A stretch of 64,000 nt of DNA from a virus. The notes beneath the pieces were generated by a model, which was not told the DNA's origin, did not search any database, and saw only the letters and a list, made by a program, of their open reading frames with translations. Both the position numbers and the translations under genes were made by a program. Location: positions 133,542 through 197,541 of the IMG/VR virus record IMGVR_UViG_3300009161_000023. One strand, written 5' to 3'. Positions 26,284 through 39,635 of the stretch are shown piece by piece; the stretch's first letter is position 1; each line of letters starts with the position of its first letter.

Positions 26284-26931
26284 ATGAAGTTAAATTTTAA
26301 ATTATGGTTTGAAGCTATTACTCTTGGCACTGAAGAAGTAGATGAGAGACAAATTGATTCTGCTTATAAAAATGCAAAGTATGCTGTTAAACTTGTTCAA
26401 ATGTATGACAAATCTTTGCCTTTAAATGATAAATTGCTTTTAAATGTAAGTACTATAGCCACTTTAAATCAAGGAGTTTATGGACTGTATAATTCTAAAG
26501 AAGCTAAAGAAGTAATAACAAATCAAATACCTCCTCAGATTTTAAACAAAATTAAAATGATTTTTGGTAATGATATAATTGGAAAAGAATCAATTGATAA
26601 TCTTTCAAGAGATACCATAAAAGGCATACCTTTGGCTGTAATTAAGCAAAAAATACCAGAAATAAATGTGTCTATGCTAAAATCATCTGATGTTATTCAT
26701 GTTAATGTACAAAAACATGTCTCTGAACATGGTGATACCGCAGAAGGAATATTTGAATTAGCTAGTACTATTGTTCATGAATCTCAACATGCTTTAGATA
26801 TGTCAAAAAATAATAAAACTGATGAAGGATCTGCTAAAGGAGCAGAAAAAAGATTTTCTGATTGGTTTAAAAGAAATATAAATCAAATAAAAAGTCAAAT
26901 TCCTTTATTTGCAAGCATAAATATATCTTAA
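26284..26931 (+). CDS. HExxH metallopeptidase-like protein with CTS-like leader
   Basis: MKLNFKLWFEA; STIVHESQHA...DEGSA; TATAAATA 3 nt upstream. Confidence 0.7.
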   Translation: MKLNFKLWFEAITLGTEEVDERQIDSAYKNAKYAVKLVQMYDKSLPLNDKLLLNVSTIATLNQGVYGLYNSKEAKEVITNQIPPQILNKIKMIFGNDIIGKESIDNLSRDTIKGIPLAVIKQKIPEINVSMLKSSDVIHVNVQKHVSEHGDTAEGIFELASTIVHESQHALDMSKNNKTDEGSAKGAEKRFSDWFKRNINQIKSQIPLFASINIS

Positions 26932-26943
26932 CGAAAGGTAAAC

Positions 26944-27183
26944 ATGAAAACATTTAATGTGTGGCTTGAAGAAATGAGTAAAAAAGATTTAAATGAAGCA
27001 AGAAAACATAATACTTTAAATAAGAAAAGCAAAAAGAAAAGCAAAAAGAAAGTAGCTGGCGATATTACTGGCGATGGAAAAGCTGACTTTGCCGATGTTA
27101 TGACAAGCAGAATGATTGCTAGTGGAATACCAAAAAATATTGCAATTTTTAAATCTAAAAAATATAAAACTAAATCTAAATAA
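26944..27183 (+). CDS. Small basic protein with CTS-like leader and DxDxDG-like motif
   Basis: MKTFNVWLEE; GDITGDGKADFAD; SD gaaagg. Confidence 0.7.
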   Translation: MKTFNVWLEEMSKKDLNEARKHNTLNKKSKKKSKKKVAGDITGDGKADFADVMTSRMIASGIPKNIAIFKSKKYKTKSK

Positions 27184-27186
27184 ATC

Positions 27187-27390
27187 ATGAAAACATTTAA
27201 AGAATATTTAAAAGACTTTTATGGTGAAGAAATAGTTGGAATTTATCCACCGTTATATAATGGAGTTGGACAATATCCTCCTCTTGCTAATCAAACTGGA
27301 TCAGATATGGTTTATGTTAAAGCAAGTAGAGAGAGCTTAAATAAGAAAAAAAAGAAAAAAAGAAAAAAGAAACATTTAAAAAATAATTAA
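27187..27390 (+). CDS. Small basic protein with CTS-like leader
   Basis: [10 protein letters not shown]; YPPLY/YPPLA; poly-Lys tail. Confidence 0.7.
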   Translation: MKTFKEYLKDFYGEEIVGIYPPLYNGVGQYPPLANQTGSDMVYVKASRESLNKKKKKKRKKKHLKNN

Positions 27391-27404
27391 TTCATATTCA
27401 TAAT

Positions 27405-28064
27405 ATGAAACCATTTGAGTATTATTTAATAAAAGACATTAAAGATTTACCAACCGAAATTTGGAAGTCTTTGCCCGAATACGAAGAATGGTTTGCAATT
27501 TCAAATTTAGGAAGAATAAAAAGATTAAACAATACTTCTATTTTTAGAAGAAAAGGTTCAAGCAAAATTACTCAGAGAATAATTAATGAAAACATAGTAA
27601 AGCCATATGTTACTAATACAGGTTATATTAAATTTAGATCTTCACATCAAAAATACCCATTCGCAGAAATAAATAAATTTTCTTTTAGAGTTCATAGAAA
27701 AGTTGCAGAAGCTTTTATAGAAAATACCAATAAATATACTCAAGTAAATCATATCAATGGAATTAAATGGGATAATAGAGTAGAAAACTTAGAATGGTGT
27801 ACTCCTTCGCAAAACTGTAGTCATAATTTTAATTTTCTTAAATTGCAAGATAACAAAAGCAAGCTTCTTTTGCAGTCTTTAAATAAAGTAAAAGTAGTAA
27901 AATTTTCTTCAAATAATGAATTTTTAGAAATTTATGATTGTGTTGAAACGGCTGCAATTAAAAATAATTGTAATTCCATTGGTATTTGTAAAAACTTATT
28001 AGAAAAAAATACTTTTTATGCTGGCTATAAATGGGAATATTATAATAGAAATAAGTTATTTTAA
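27405..28064 (+). CDS. NUMOD4-HNH homing endonuclease
   Basis: [22 protein letters not shown] (NUMOD4); [10 protein letters not shown]...[24 protein letters not shown] (HNH_3). Confidence 0.92.
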   Translation: MKPFEYYLIKDIKDLPTEIWKSLPEYEEWFAISNLGRIKRLNNTSIFRRKGSSKITQRIINENIVKPYVTNTGYIKFRSSHQKYPFAEINKFSFRVHRKVAEAFIENTNKYTQVNHINGIKWDNRVENLEWCTPSQNCSHNFNFLKLQDNKSKLLLQSLNKVKVVKFSSNNEFLEIYDCVETAAIKNNCNSIGICKNLLEKNTFYAGYKWEYYNRNKLF

Positions 28065-28075
28065 ATATATACAAC

Positions 28076-29059
28076 ATGAGATTTAAACAATGGTTTAATG
28101 AGGCTACAATTGAAATGAATCCTTGGGAAGCTATGAAAATTATGGAACTGCAAAGTTTACAAGGTAAACTTATAGATGCAAAAGATTTAAGAAAGAAATT
28201 TTTTGAACTTTCCAGAAAATATCACCCCGATCTAAATATTGGTAATGAAAATGCTTTAGAAATGATGGTTAAACTCAATAATGCAAATACCATATTAAGT
28301 AAATTTGTAGAACAAGGCAAGCCTTTACCGTTAGAAGAAAAAACATCAAGTAATTATTCAAAAGAACCATCTGGTTCTTATGGTGGTTTTAAAAAAGGCA
28401 GACCAAAAGATTCTAAGACTGTAACCGAAGAAGATGTTATGGATTGGTGTAAAGAAACATTACAAAAAAAAAGAATGGTATTGTTTACTCATTACCCATA
28501 CACAGGATTTGATCGTGGTGTAAAAATTGGGTTTGGCCCTTATGGTGTAAAGAAATCACAATTTGCTCTTCCTGAAGATACTACACCAGAAAAATTATTT
28601 GATATAATTAAAAAAAATATTCCTAATTTTCCAAATAACTTAATTGATATTGGCCATTCAAAATATTTTGAATCATATTTAACATTTTTAAATAAAAATA
28701 ACAACTATAGATCTATAAGCTTAGAATTTAAAAGATCACCAATTAAAAAAGAAACTGGCGTTGGAATGTTAAGAGAAGAAATATTGAAATATTTTGAAAA
28801 AAAAGGTCTAACTGTCTTAAGACAAACAAAGCAAGCTGATTTTTTTGGTTTTGACAATCAACCAATTCAAGAATCTGCTTTTATTAGGGTTAAACAAAGA
28901 AAAGCAGATGTTGTTTCTGTGCAAACAGTTGATTATGGATATAAAAAAGTAAACAATGATGTTGTGGTAACTAAAGAATTTTACTTTAATACAGTTACTG
29001 AAAATACATTAGATTCTTTAATTTTAGTATTAAATAGAAGATTGAAAAAAGAAGAATGA
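28076..29059 (+). CDS. J-domain (DnaJ-like) protein with CTS-like leader
   Basis: MRFKQWFNE; LRKKFFELSRKYHPDLN...MVKLNNANTIL (HPD intact). Confidence 0.8.
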   Translation: MRFKQWFNEATIEMNPWEAMKIMELQSLQGKLIDAKDLRKKFFELSRKYHPDLNIGNENALEMMVKLNNANTILSKFVEQGKPLPLEEKTSSNYSKEPSGSYGGFKKGRPKDSKTVTEEDVMDWCKETLQKKRMVLFTHYPYTGFDRGVKIGFGPYGVKKSQFALPEDTTPEKLFDIIKKNIPNFPNNLIDIGHSKYFESYLTFLNKNNNYRSISLEFKRSPIKKETGVGMLREEILKYFEKKGLTVLRQTKQADFFGFDNQPIQESAFIRVKQRKADVVSVQTVDYGYKKVNNDVVVTKEFYFNTVTENTLDSLILVLNRRLKKEE

Positions 29060-29508
29060 AATTCAAACAATGGATAATGACAGAAGAATTAATTTCATCT
29101 TTACCAAGAGATGATTCTGGATCTCCAATTGCATGGGAAGAAGACAACTATAGAATAACAATTTATAATACTAGTAATTATTTCAACACTTATTTAATGC
29201 ACGATGAAAAACCTTGGAAACAAATTGGTTCACTTAAAACAAAAATATCTACAAAAAAAATAAATGGCGATAAAATTAAATACGCTGAAGTTTCTAGCAT
29301 ATCTCTTCATAAAGAACACCAAAATAAAGGCTTTGGAACTAAACTTTATAAAACATTATTGAAATATTTACCAGATGATATTGTTGGCATTGGATCAAAT
29401 TTACAATATAGAATAAATAAAAAAGAAATACCTAAAATATATGAAAAACTAGGATATGAATCTTATAATGACGGTGATTTTCAATTGATAAAAAAAAATA
29501 TTGCATAA
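29056..29508 (+). CDS. GNAT acetyltransferase with CTS-like leader
   Basis: MKFKQWIMTEE; ISLHKEHQNKGFGTKLY (AcCoA motif). Confidence 0.75.
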   Translation: MKFKQWIMTEELISSLPRDDSGSPIAWEEDNYRITIYNTSNYFNTYLMHDEKPWKQIGSLKTKISTKKINGDKIKYAEVSSISLHKEHQNKGFGTKLYKTLLKYLPDDIVGIGSNLQYRINKKEIPKIYEKLGYESYNDGDFQLIKKNIA

Positions 29509-29520
29509 GACTTTGAATTT

Positions 29521-29760
29521 TTATTTACCAAGCATTTTTCTAACTCTGAGTAATGATTGTAGATCATTAAACTCATTTTCTGTTAATGGATCTAAACTTG
29601 GGCTTGTTGAAATATTATCTATCATTTTTTCTATAGTTTTAACTATTTCTACTTTTATACTATATGCTTTGCTGCTGTAAAAACCTGATAAATATGACAT
29701 TACTGAGAAAAATAAAATTATAAAGAAAATCATTAAAACATCTTTGTCATCTTTTTCCAT
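29521..29760 (-). CDS. Small membrane-anchored hypothetical protein
   Basis: N-terminal hydrophobic helix; SD gaagga. Confidence 0.6.
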   Translation of the reverse strand: MEKDDKDVLMIFFIILFFSVMSYLSGFYSSKAYSIKVEIVKTIEKMIDNISTSPSLDPLTENEFNDLQSLLRVRKMLGK

Positions 29761-29776
29761 TGTAATATTCCTTCGC

Positions 29777-30361
29777 TTAAATTTTTTGTTTCTCCCTTGT
29801 TAATACAACCTTGTATCTTTCTATATTCTTCATTGAATCTTCACACCATTCTTTATGTATTACTAATTTTTTATTTATTAAATCATTTATCTGATTTTTG
29901 TAAATTCTTACCGCTATGTCATTCGGAGAAAATCCAGAATATATCTTGTGAGGTAGATTTTCTAGCATCCATTCTAATGATATTTTACCAAATATAAAAT
30001 ATTCCTTGCATTTGGTTAAAGCTACTTTTGCATTTTGTTCACATGCCTTCTTTATAGAAAACACTTTGAATGAATAAAAATTATTTAAAAACTCTGGTGC
30101 AGTTTTTATTTCTATTAATTCTTCTTTTCCATTTATTATGTATTTTTTGTCAACATTGTGATTCTTTAAATTATTTTCTATTAAGTTACCTGAATTATCA
30201 ATTCCATTTTCACTTAATACTATTTTAGTTTTCATTCTGTTTTCAAATTCAATTCTTAAGCACTCGCCATAAATTGACTCTCTCTCAGTATAATCATAAA
30301 TATTACTCGCAAACACTTCTTCAGATCTGTTGTCTTTTCTAAAACATAATGAATTATTCAT
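29777..30361 (-). CDS. Hypothetical, possible PD-(D/E)xK nuclease
   Basis: E...VDKKY...ELIEIKT pattern. Confidence 0.4.
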   Translation of the reverse strand: MNNSLCFRKDNRSEEVFASNIYDYTERESIYGECLRIEFENRMKTKIVLSENGIDNSGNLIENNLKNHNVDKKYIINGKEELIEIKTAPEFLNNFYSFKVFSIKKACEQNAKVALTKCKEYFIFGKISLEWMLENLPHKIYSGFSPNDIAVRIYKNQINDLINKKLVIHKEWCEDSMKNIERYKVVLTREKQKI

Positions 30362-30485
30362 AATAATATTCTAGCATTTATTGGTTTAAATAACAAATAT
30401 AGCTTACTAACATTAATTTCGTAAACTTATAAATAATTTATATGGTTATTGCATAAATAACTTATTAATTTAAACAAGGAATATC

Positions 30486-30956
30486 ATGAAATCATTTAAA
30501 GAATTCTTAAAACAAAAAATGCATAACGAACAGATGGATATGCCACCACCAGCTATAGTTAAAAGTTCAGAAGGTGATGGTAGCATGAAATCTTATATGC
30601 CAACAAAATTTCCTCACCCTTACAAATCTGTTTTTGATCAACCTTCAATGGCTACTACAAAAACTTCAATGGCTGTTGAAAAAACATTAACAAACGCAAC
30701 TGATTTAAAAGAAAACGATCCTAGAATTCAAGATGTAGTAAATGTAATTAAAAATATTTCGCAAAGAAAATTAGATAGATATCACCTTGCAAACATTGCT
30801 GCACTAAAAGAACTATATTTAGGACACGATGATACTCTTACTGGTAATTCTGGTGCAATTCGTGACGATGAATATCGTAACAAAAAAGAAAATTGGAAAA
30901 GTTTAGAATTAAGTATTTTGACAAAAGATGCACTCAATCACATAAAAGGAAAATAA
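30486..30956 (+). CDS. Hypothetical protein with CTS-like leader (MKSFKEFL...NEQMDMPPP)
   Basis: SD aagga; GCATAAATA at about 30450. Confidence 0.75.
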   Translation: MKSFKEFLKQKMHNEQMDMPPPAIVKSSEGDGSMKSYMPTKFPHPYKSVFDQPSMATTKTSMAVEKTLTNATDLKENDPRIQDVVNVIKNISQRKLDRYHLANIAALKELYLGHDDTLTGNSGAIRDDEYRNKKENWKSLELSILTKDALNHIKGK

Positions 30957-32470
30957 TTAAATTTAAAGAATGGTTATTACTAATTGAATCTGTATCAATT
31001 TCTCAATCTTTGAAGAAATTTAAAAATAATAAAGATTTTGAAAAAACATATAATATTGCTTTTAAGAAAATCAGCAGTTTGCCTCCTAATGTATCAGAAA
31101 AACTAAAAAGAATTTATGTAAATTATTTTGCATTTCATGCTTTTAATGCAAAAGAAAAAACTGTTTCACCTGACATAAAGAATTTTATTGATAGCAATAT
31201 GTCTACTAAAATAAATACTTTTAAAGATTATTTGGTTGCAAACAAAGATAATAATACTTTGACATCTAAATTAAACAATCCTGAGTTTTCGTTTGAAAAA
31301 TTAGAAGTAGAAAGTATATTGTGGCATGAAGAATTAAAAGTTAAAAAAATAAAACCAGCTAGAGAAGCTGACACATTTATTGATTTATCTCACTTGGGAT
31401 CTCAATGGAAAGCATGGAGATGGGTTTCTTTAAATAAAGCTTCTTGTGAACAAGAAGCAAACTCTATGGGTCACTGTGGTAATGCTGGATCTAAAACAGG
31501 AGATAATATACTATCTTTGAGAGATCCACAAAATATACCACACCTTACATTTATTGAAAATAGAGGCGTTTTAGGCGAAATGAAAGGCAGAGGCAATGAT
31601 AAACCATCACCTAAATATCATTTACCAATTATAGAATTGCTTAAAAACAATAAAATACTATCAGTAAGAGGTGGTGGACATGCTCCAGAAAATAATTTTT
31701 CATTAGATGATTTAAGTAATAAAGAAGCCTTGTTGAAAATAAAACCAAACTTAGATTTTAATGTTTATAAAAAAGAATTTATTAATTCCTTGTTGAAGCT
31801 TCCTGATAATGAAAAAATTAATGAAATAGAATATATCTTAGATGAACAATTTACTTTAGATGAACATGAAGATTTTGTTTATAGTAAATTTGAAAGCACT
31901 GAAGAATTTTTATCTTGGATGAATAAATTTACTAGTTCAAATATAAAAAGAAACCTTAATTTTAGATTTTTAGATGAAATGATGGATCATATAGATATAG
32001 ATATATCAGGCGAAGAAATAAAAGAAGCAATTGAATATATTGATGAATTTAATTTTGAAAAAATTAAAAAACTAGCAAAAAATGAAAATGTTTCTTTAGA
32101 AGAACCAAAAGATATTCTAGAATTAGCAGATTCATATTTTAAAGATGATATCATGCAGCACATTACTGATGCTTTAAGAAATGCATATGAACAAAGTATG
32201 TCAGATGAAATTTGGGATGATTTTAAATCTTCTTTTGAAAGCAATGAAGACAAAAATTATTTGTTAAATAAAATTTATTATTCAGATGATATAAGAATTG
32301 TTTTAAACAAAAAATTACTAAATGATATTTTAACCAAATTTTCCAGCGAATCAAATACTGAAAATTTTCAAAACTTATTAGAAGAAATAAAATATACTTA
32401 TTATCCAGCAGATGTTTATCCTATTTTAAACAAAGAATCTTTTAATCAATATTTAAAAAGTTTAATTTAA
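30956..32470 (+). CDS. PcfJ-like-domain protein with CTS-like leader and probable ATT start
   Basis: (I)KFKEWLLLIE at 30956; EANSMGHCG...SLRDPQNIPHLTF...MKGRGNDKP..KY. Confidence 0.6.
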   Translation: MKFKEWLLLIESVSISQSLKKFKNNKDFEKTYNIAFKKISSLPPNVSEKLKRIYVNYFAFHAFNAKEKTVSPDIKNFIDSNMSTKINTFKDYLVANKDNNTLTSKLNNPEFSFEKLEVESILWHEELKVKKIKPAREADTFIDLSHLGSQWKAWRWVSLNKASCEQEANSMGHCGNAGSKTGDNILSLRDPQNIPHLTFIENRGVLGEMKGRGNDKPSPKYHLPIIELLKNNKILSVRGGGHAPENNFSLDDLSNKEALLKIKPNLDFNVYKKEFINSLLKLPDNEKINEIEYILDEQFTLDEHEDFVYSKFESTEEFLSWMNKFTSSNIKRNLNFRFLDEMMDHIDIDISGEEIKEAIEYIDEFNFEKIKKLAKNENVSLEEPKDILELADSYFKDDIMQHITDALRNAYEQSMSDEIWDDFKSSFESNEDKNYLLNKIYYSDDIRIVLNKKLLNDILTKFSSESNTENFQNLLEEIKYTYYPADVYPILNKESFNQYLKSLI

Positions 32471-32510
32471 ATTAATATATAACATGAATAAAATAAATTA
32501 AAGGAATTAT

Positions 32511-33965
<1,455 letters not shown>

Positions 33966-33972
33966 ATAAATT

Positions 33973-34494
33973 ATGAAATTTAAACTTTGGCTGGAAAATG
34001 AATCTAATGATCTTCTAAATTGGTTGAAAAGTAAACCGCAATCAACCTTAACAAAATCTTGGGAAGATGAATCTTCTACAGATTATTTGATAACAACTAA
34101 ATTAAAAGATGATTCATTTATTCATTTTACTTTAAAAGATAGAGCATTGAAAATACTAGAAACTAAAAAAATATTGGCTAAACCACCACACGAAAGATAT
34201 TTGTATTTCGGTGCTTATGCTATATCAGTAAACTTTGGATATCTTGTAGAAGATGTACAAATTAATCATGTTAAAGAAAATGAAACAAAAGAAAACCCAG
34301 CAGTTGCTGTTAAATTTAAAACTAATACTTTCCCACATAGAAAGATTGGACACCCAGAAGAGATAAATTGGGATCGTGATGTTAATATTATTGGTGCTGA
34401 AATTATTAAAGTGTCAGATGCATTAAATGTGCTTAAAAACAATAAACCAAACCTTAAAGAAAACGATGGCTACTCAATAGAGTACAAAAAGTAA
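33973..34494 (+). CDS. Hypothetical protein with CTS-like leader
   Basis: MKFKLWLENE; AATAAATA 4 nt upstream. Confidence 0.75.
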   Translation: MKFKLWLENESNDLLNWLKSKPQSTLTKSWEDESSTDYLITTKLKDDSFIHFTLKDRALKILETKKILAKPPHERYLYFGAYAISVNFGYLVEDVQINHVKENETKENPAVAVKFKTNTFPHRKIGHPEEINWDRDVNIIGAEIIKVSDALNVLKNNKPNLKENDGYSIEYKK

Positions 34495-34497
34495 ATT

Positions 34498-35277
34498 ATG
34501 AAAATTGAAAATACTATTTTTACATGTACAACATTTTTTGACTTTGAATTACAAGATAAATGGAATTTTTTTTGTAATGCAATTGACAGTATTTTGGAAA
34601 ATCACAAAAAAAATACTTTAGATAAAATAAAAAAATGGATAATTGTCAATGAATATTCAATGTACCCAAAAAGAGATTGGGCAGCTGCTGTTCATGAAAA
34701 ATATCCATTTATTGAATTAATTCAAAAGTGTAAAAAAGAGATTGGACAAGCATCCTCACTTAATATCATTCTTGAAGAAATTAAAAAATATACATATTGG
34801 ATTCATTGGGAAGAATCGTGGTATTGCAAAAACCCATGTTTAAATCGCATGTTTGATATTATGCATCATACAAATATCACACAGTTACAATGTACAGAGG
34901 AGAATGGAATACCAAGTTGGATCGATTCAAATGCTCACCCTCGCTACCTAAAAAAAACTGCAAAAGGAACTATGTTTTATGAAATTTATCCTTCTGCTGG
35001 AACCTATGAATACCTTCATGAACAAACTTCTAAATTCGACAATTCTTATACTAATACTGCTATTAGTAAATGGCCTTTGTATTCATTGATGCCTTCTATA
35101 AACCGTGTAAGTCACTATAATATTGGAGATTTTTCTACATCACCAAAACACTGGCCATTTAGGTTTGAATGGGATTTTGGTAAACGATGGCTCTTGGCAG
35201 GAAATACAAAGGCTGTACTTCCAGATGGCCCAGTTATGCGAGATAAAAAAAAACATAAAAGTACATGGTCTAAATGA
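34498..35277 (+). CDS. Putative glycosyltransferase-like protein
   Basis: TCTTF...NAIDSIL...IVNE...GQASSLNII...YWIHWEESW, GT-A-like layout. Confidence 0.5.
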   Translation: MKIENTIFTCTTFFDFELQDKWNFFCNAIDSILENHKKNTLDKIKKWIIVNEYSMYPKRDWAAAVHEKYPFIELIQKCKKEIGQASSLNIILEEIKKYTYWIHWEESWYCKNPCLNRMFDIMHHTNITQLQCTEENGIPSWIDSNAHPRYLKKTAKGTMFYEIYPSAGTYEYLHEQTSKFDNSYTNTAISKWPLYSLMPSINRVSHYNIGDFSTSPKHWPFRFEWDFGKRWLLAGNTKAVLPDGPVMRDKKKHKSTWSK

Positions 35278-35313
35278 TTTAAGATTTTTTAAAAATAGAA
35301 ATTGATTTATTAC

Positions 35314-35382
35314 ACAAATACATTATTTCCATTTGTTTTTAATGTCTCGTAATGCTCGCCATCTATGTCCGTTCCTTCTTCA
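35314..35382 (-). pseudogene. Duplicated 3' fragment of the 36651-37010 gene
   Basis: 64/69 nt identical to 36661-36729; encodes EGTDIDGEHYETLKTNGNNVFV* with an in-frame stop and no start upstream. Confidence 0.85.
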
Positions 35383-35417
35383 TTATTCTTTTATTATTTA
35401 TTAATTTCTAATATTTA

Positions 35418-36593
35418 TTAAACAACGGTTATTGCCATAGTAACCTCATAACCTGCATCTACACTTATAAATCCTTTTTTTGTTCCAAATGCTCTTATTG
35501 GATTTAGGTTTCCCTTTTTTTGGAAATCATTACCGAATTTATTATTTCCAAATTGTCCAAAGGTATTAGTACCCCAACAAAACAATTGACCAGCTTTTAT
35601 CGCTGCTGTGTGACTCCATCCACAAGAGACTTGTTTCCAATTTGTTCCATATGTTGTTGTTTGTACTGGTGATGATTTTGTTTGAAGTCCAGGTTTGCCA
35701 GTACCAAGCTGACCATGATCATTATTACCCCAACACCATAATGTTCCGTCTGTCTTTATTGCTGCTGTGTGCCTATGACCACAAGAAACTTGTTTCCAAT
35801 TTGTTCCAAATGCAATTGTTTGAACTGGCGAGCTTCTATTTGTTCTTGTGTTATCGCCCAATTGCCCATAAGGATTTTCTCCCCAACACCATAATGTTCC
35901 GTCTGTTTTTATCGCAGCTGTGTGAAGACCACCACAAGATACTTGATTCCAATTTGTTCCAAGTGCTGTTGTTTGAACTGGTGAGTTTTTGTAACCATTT
36001 GTATTGTCGCCAAGTTGACCATCGAAGTTTATTCCCCAACACCATAATGTTCCGTCTGTCTTTATTGCTGCTGTGTGTGCCCCACCACTAGCAGAAACTT
36101 GCTTCCAATTTGTTCCAAAGGTAACTGTTTGAACTGGTGAACTTCTAGAAGAGGTCAAGGTGTTGACAACGCCTAATTGACCATAGCCGTTATCACCCCA
36201 CAACCATAATGTTCCATCTGTTTTTATACCTGCTGTATGTGCACCTCCACAAGAAACCTGTTCCCAGTTATTACCTCTAGTAATTGTTTGTACTGGTGAT
36301 GATTTACCAACTACTGTATTATCACCAAGCTTTCCAGTCGTTGTTCTTTTTATTAGTGGTTCATAACCCCACAACCATAATGTTCCGTCACTTTTTATAC
36401 CTGCTGTATGTCCAAATCCACAAGAAACCTGTTTCCAGTTATTACCTCTAGCAATTGTTTGTACTGGTGAGCTTCTATGTACTATTGTGTTATCTCCAAG
36501 TTTTCCATTGTGGTTTGCTTGATCTCCTTTTGGTGGGAAACCACCATCATTTAAACCAGAACCAAATAAAAAACCGCTAGTATTCAATGTCAT
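35418..36593 (-). CDS. RCC1-repeat beta-propeller protein
   Basis: About 7 copies of WKQVSCG..HTAAIKTDGTLWCWG.N..GQLGD....SSPVQT. Confidence 0.95.
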   Translation of the reverse strand: MTLNTSGFLFGSGLNDGGFPPKGDQANHNGKLGDNTIVHRSSPVQTIARGNNWKQVSCGFGHTAGIKSDGTLWLWGYEPLIKRTTTGKLGDNTVVGKSSPVQTITRGNNWEQVSCGGAHTAGIKTDGTLWLWGDNGYGQLGVVNTLTSSRSSPVQTVTFGTNWKQVSASGGAHTAAIKTDGTLWCWGINFDGQLGDNTNGYKNSPVQTTALGTNWNQVSCGGLHTAAIKTDGTLWCWGENPYGQLGDNTRTNRSSPVQTIAFGTNWKQVSCGHRHTAAIKTDGTLWCWGNNDHGQLGTGKPGLQTKSSPVQTTTYGTNWKQVSCGWSHTAAIKAGQLFCWGTNTFGQFGNNKFGNDFQKKGNLNPIRAFGTKKGFISVDAGYEVTMAITVV

Positions 36594-36650
36594 AGTTTAC
36601 TCTTTTCTTTGTTGATATTTTTTAAAAACAACATAATATATATTAATTAT

Positions 36651-37010
36651 TTAATAATTCACAAATACATTTTTACCATTTGTTTTTAATGTATCGTAAT
36701 GCTCGCCATCTATATCCGTTCCTTTTTCATCATACCAATATGGATTTACTCTTGGATTGTAAAATATACACTTGCCACTAATATCTGTTGCAGACTCTAT
36801 CTTTACCCACTCACATTTAATCCAAGAACATACAGTTTTACTACCACCCTTATAAATCTTATTAGCTGTTTTTTTACTATTGCACAAAACACAATTATAT
36901 AAAGTTAACTTTACGGCCATAGGATCAAAATAACTTTTAATACCATCGTCATCTGTTATTTGCCATTTCTTGAAATTCTTACCCTTGCCTAAATGAAATC
37001 TAACTTTCAT
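36651..37010 (-). CDS. Conserved hypothetical protein (MKVRFHLGKGKNFKKWQI)
   Basis: 119-aa ORF, coupled. Confidence 0.75.
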   Translation of the reverse strand: MKVRFHLGKGKNFKKWQITDDDGIKSYFDPMAVKLTLYNCVLCNSKKTANKIYKGGSKTVCSWIKCEWVKIESATDISGKCIFYNPRVNPYWYDEKGTDIDGEHYDTLKTNGKNVFVNY

Positions 37011-37377
37011 TACTGTTCCTTTTATTTCTTATTAATAACTCGCCTACAACTTCTATTTTACCTACTAACTTTTGAAAATCAGATTGATCCATCTCAGAAA
37101 TTTTATTCATGTGTGAATGTAGTTCGGAACATAATTCTTTGTATTCATCTTGAAATTTCTTACGATTAAATTTACCTGCTGATGCTTTTTTGTAATATGC
37201 TAACTTAACATGAAAATGATCATAAGTCAATAATGCAATTCCACCTTTTTCTTTTGCATTGTTTGCAATTTTCTCTGCTCCCTCTTCTCTCTTCTTTGCA
37301 AAATCTTCTATTGATAAGTCTTCTTGCTCTGTAAGCAACCCAGATAATCTTAACATTTCTTCATTTAACTTATTCAT
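37000..37377 (-). CDS. Hypothetical phage protein
   Basis: MNKLNEEMLRLSGLLTEQ N-terminus. Confidence 0.75.
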   Translation of the reverse strand: MNKLNEEMLRLSGLLTEQEDLSIEDFAKKREEGAEKIANNAKEKGGIALLTYDHFHVKLAYYKKASAGKFNRKKFQDEYKELCSELHSHMNKISEMDQSDFQKLVGKIEVVGELLIRNKRNSNES

Positions 37378-37436
37378 TTATTATCTTTCTTTTTAAATAT
37401 AATATATATTTTTAATATATACTGTTATAAAAATAA

Positions 37437-39506
<2,070 letters not shown>

Positions 39507-39544
39507 TTTTAATAATTTATTTTATTAGAATTAAAACAATATAT

Positions 39545-39569
39545 AAGCTACATGTAAAACATGTAGCTT
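39545..39569 (+). terminator. Stem-loop after the collagen-like gene
   Basis: aagctacatgt-aaa-acatgtagctt, perfect 11-bp stem. Confidence 0.55.
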
Positions 39570-39635
39570 GTATATTTTAATTACATTGAATTTTACACAA
39601 GAAAGAAAGTAAATCAATGAAAATAACAAATAAAA

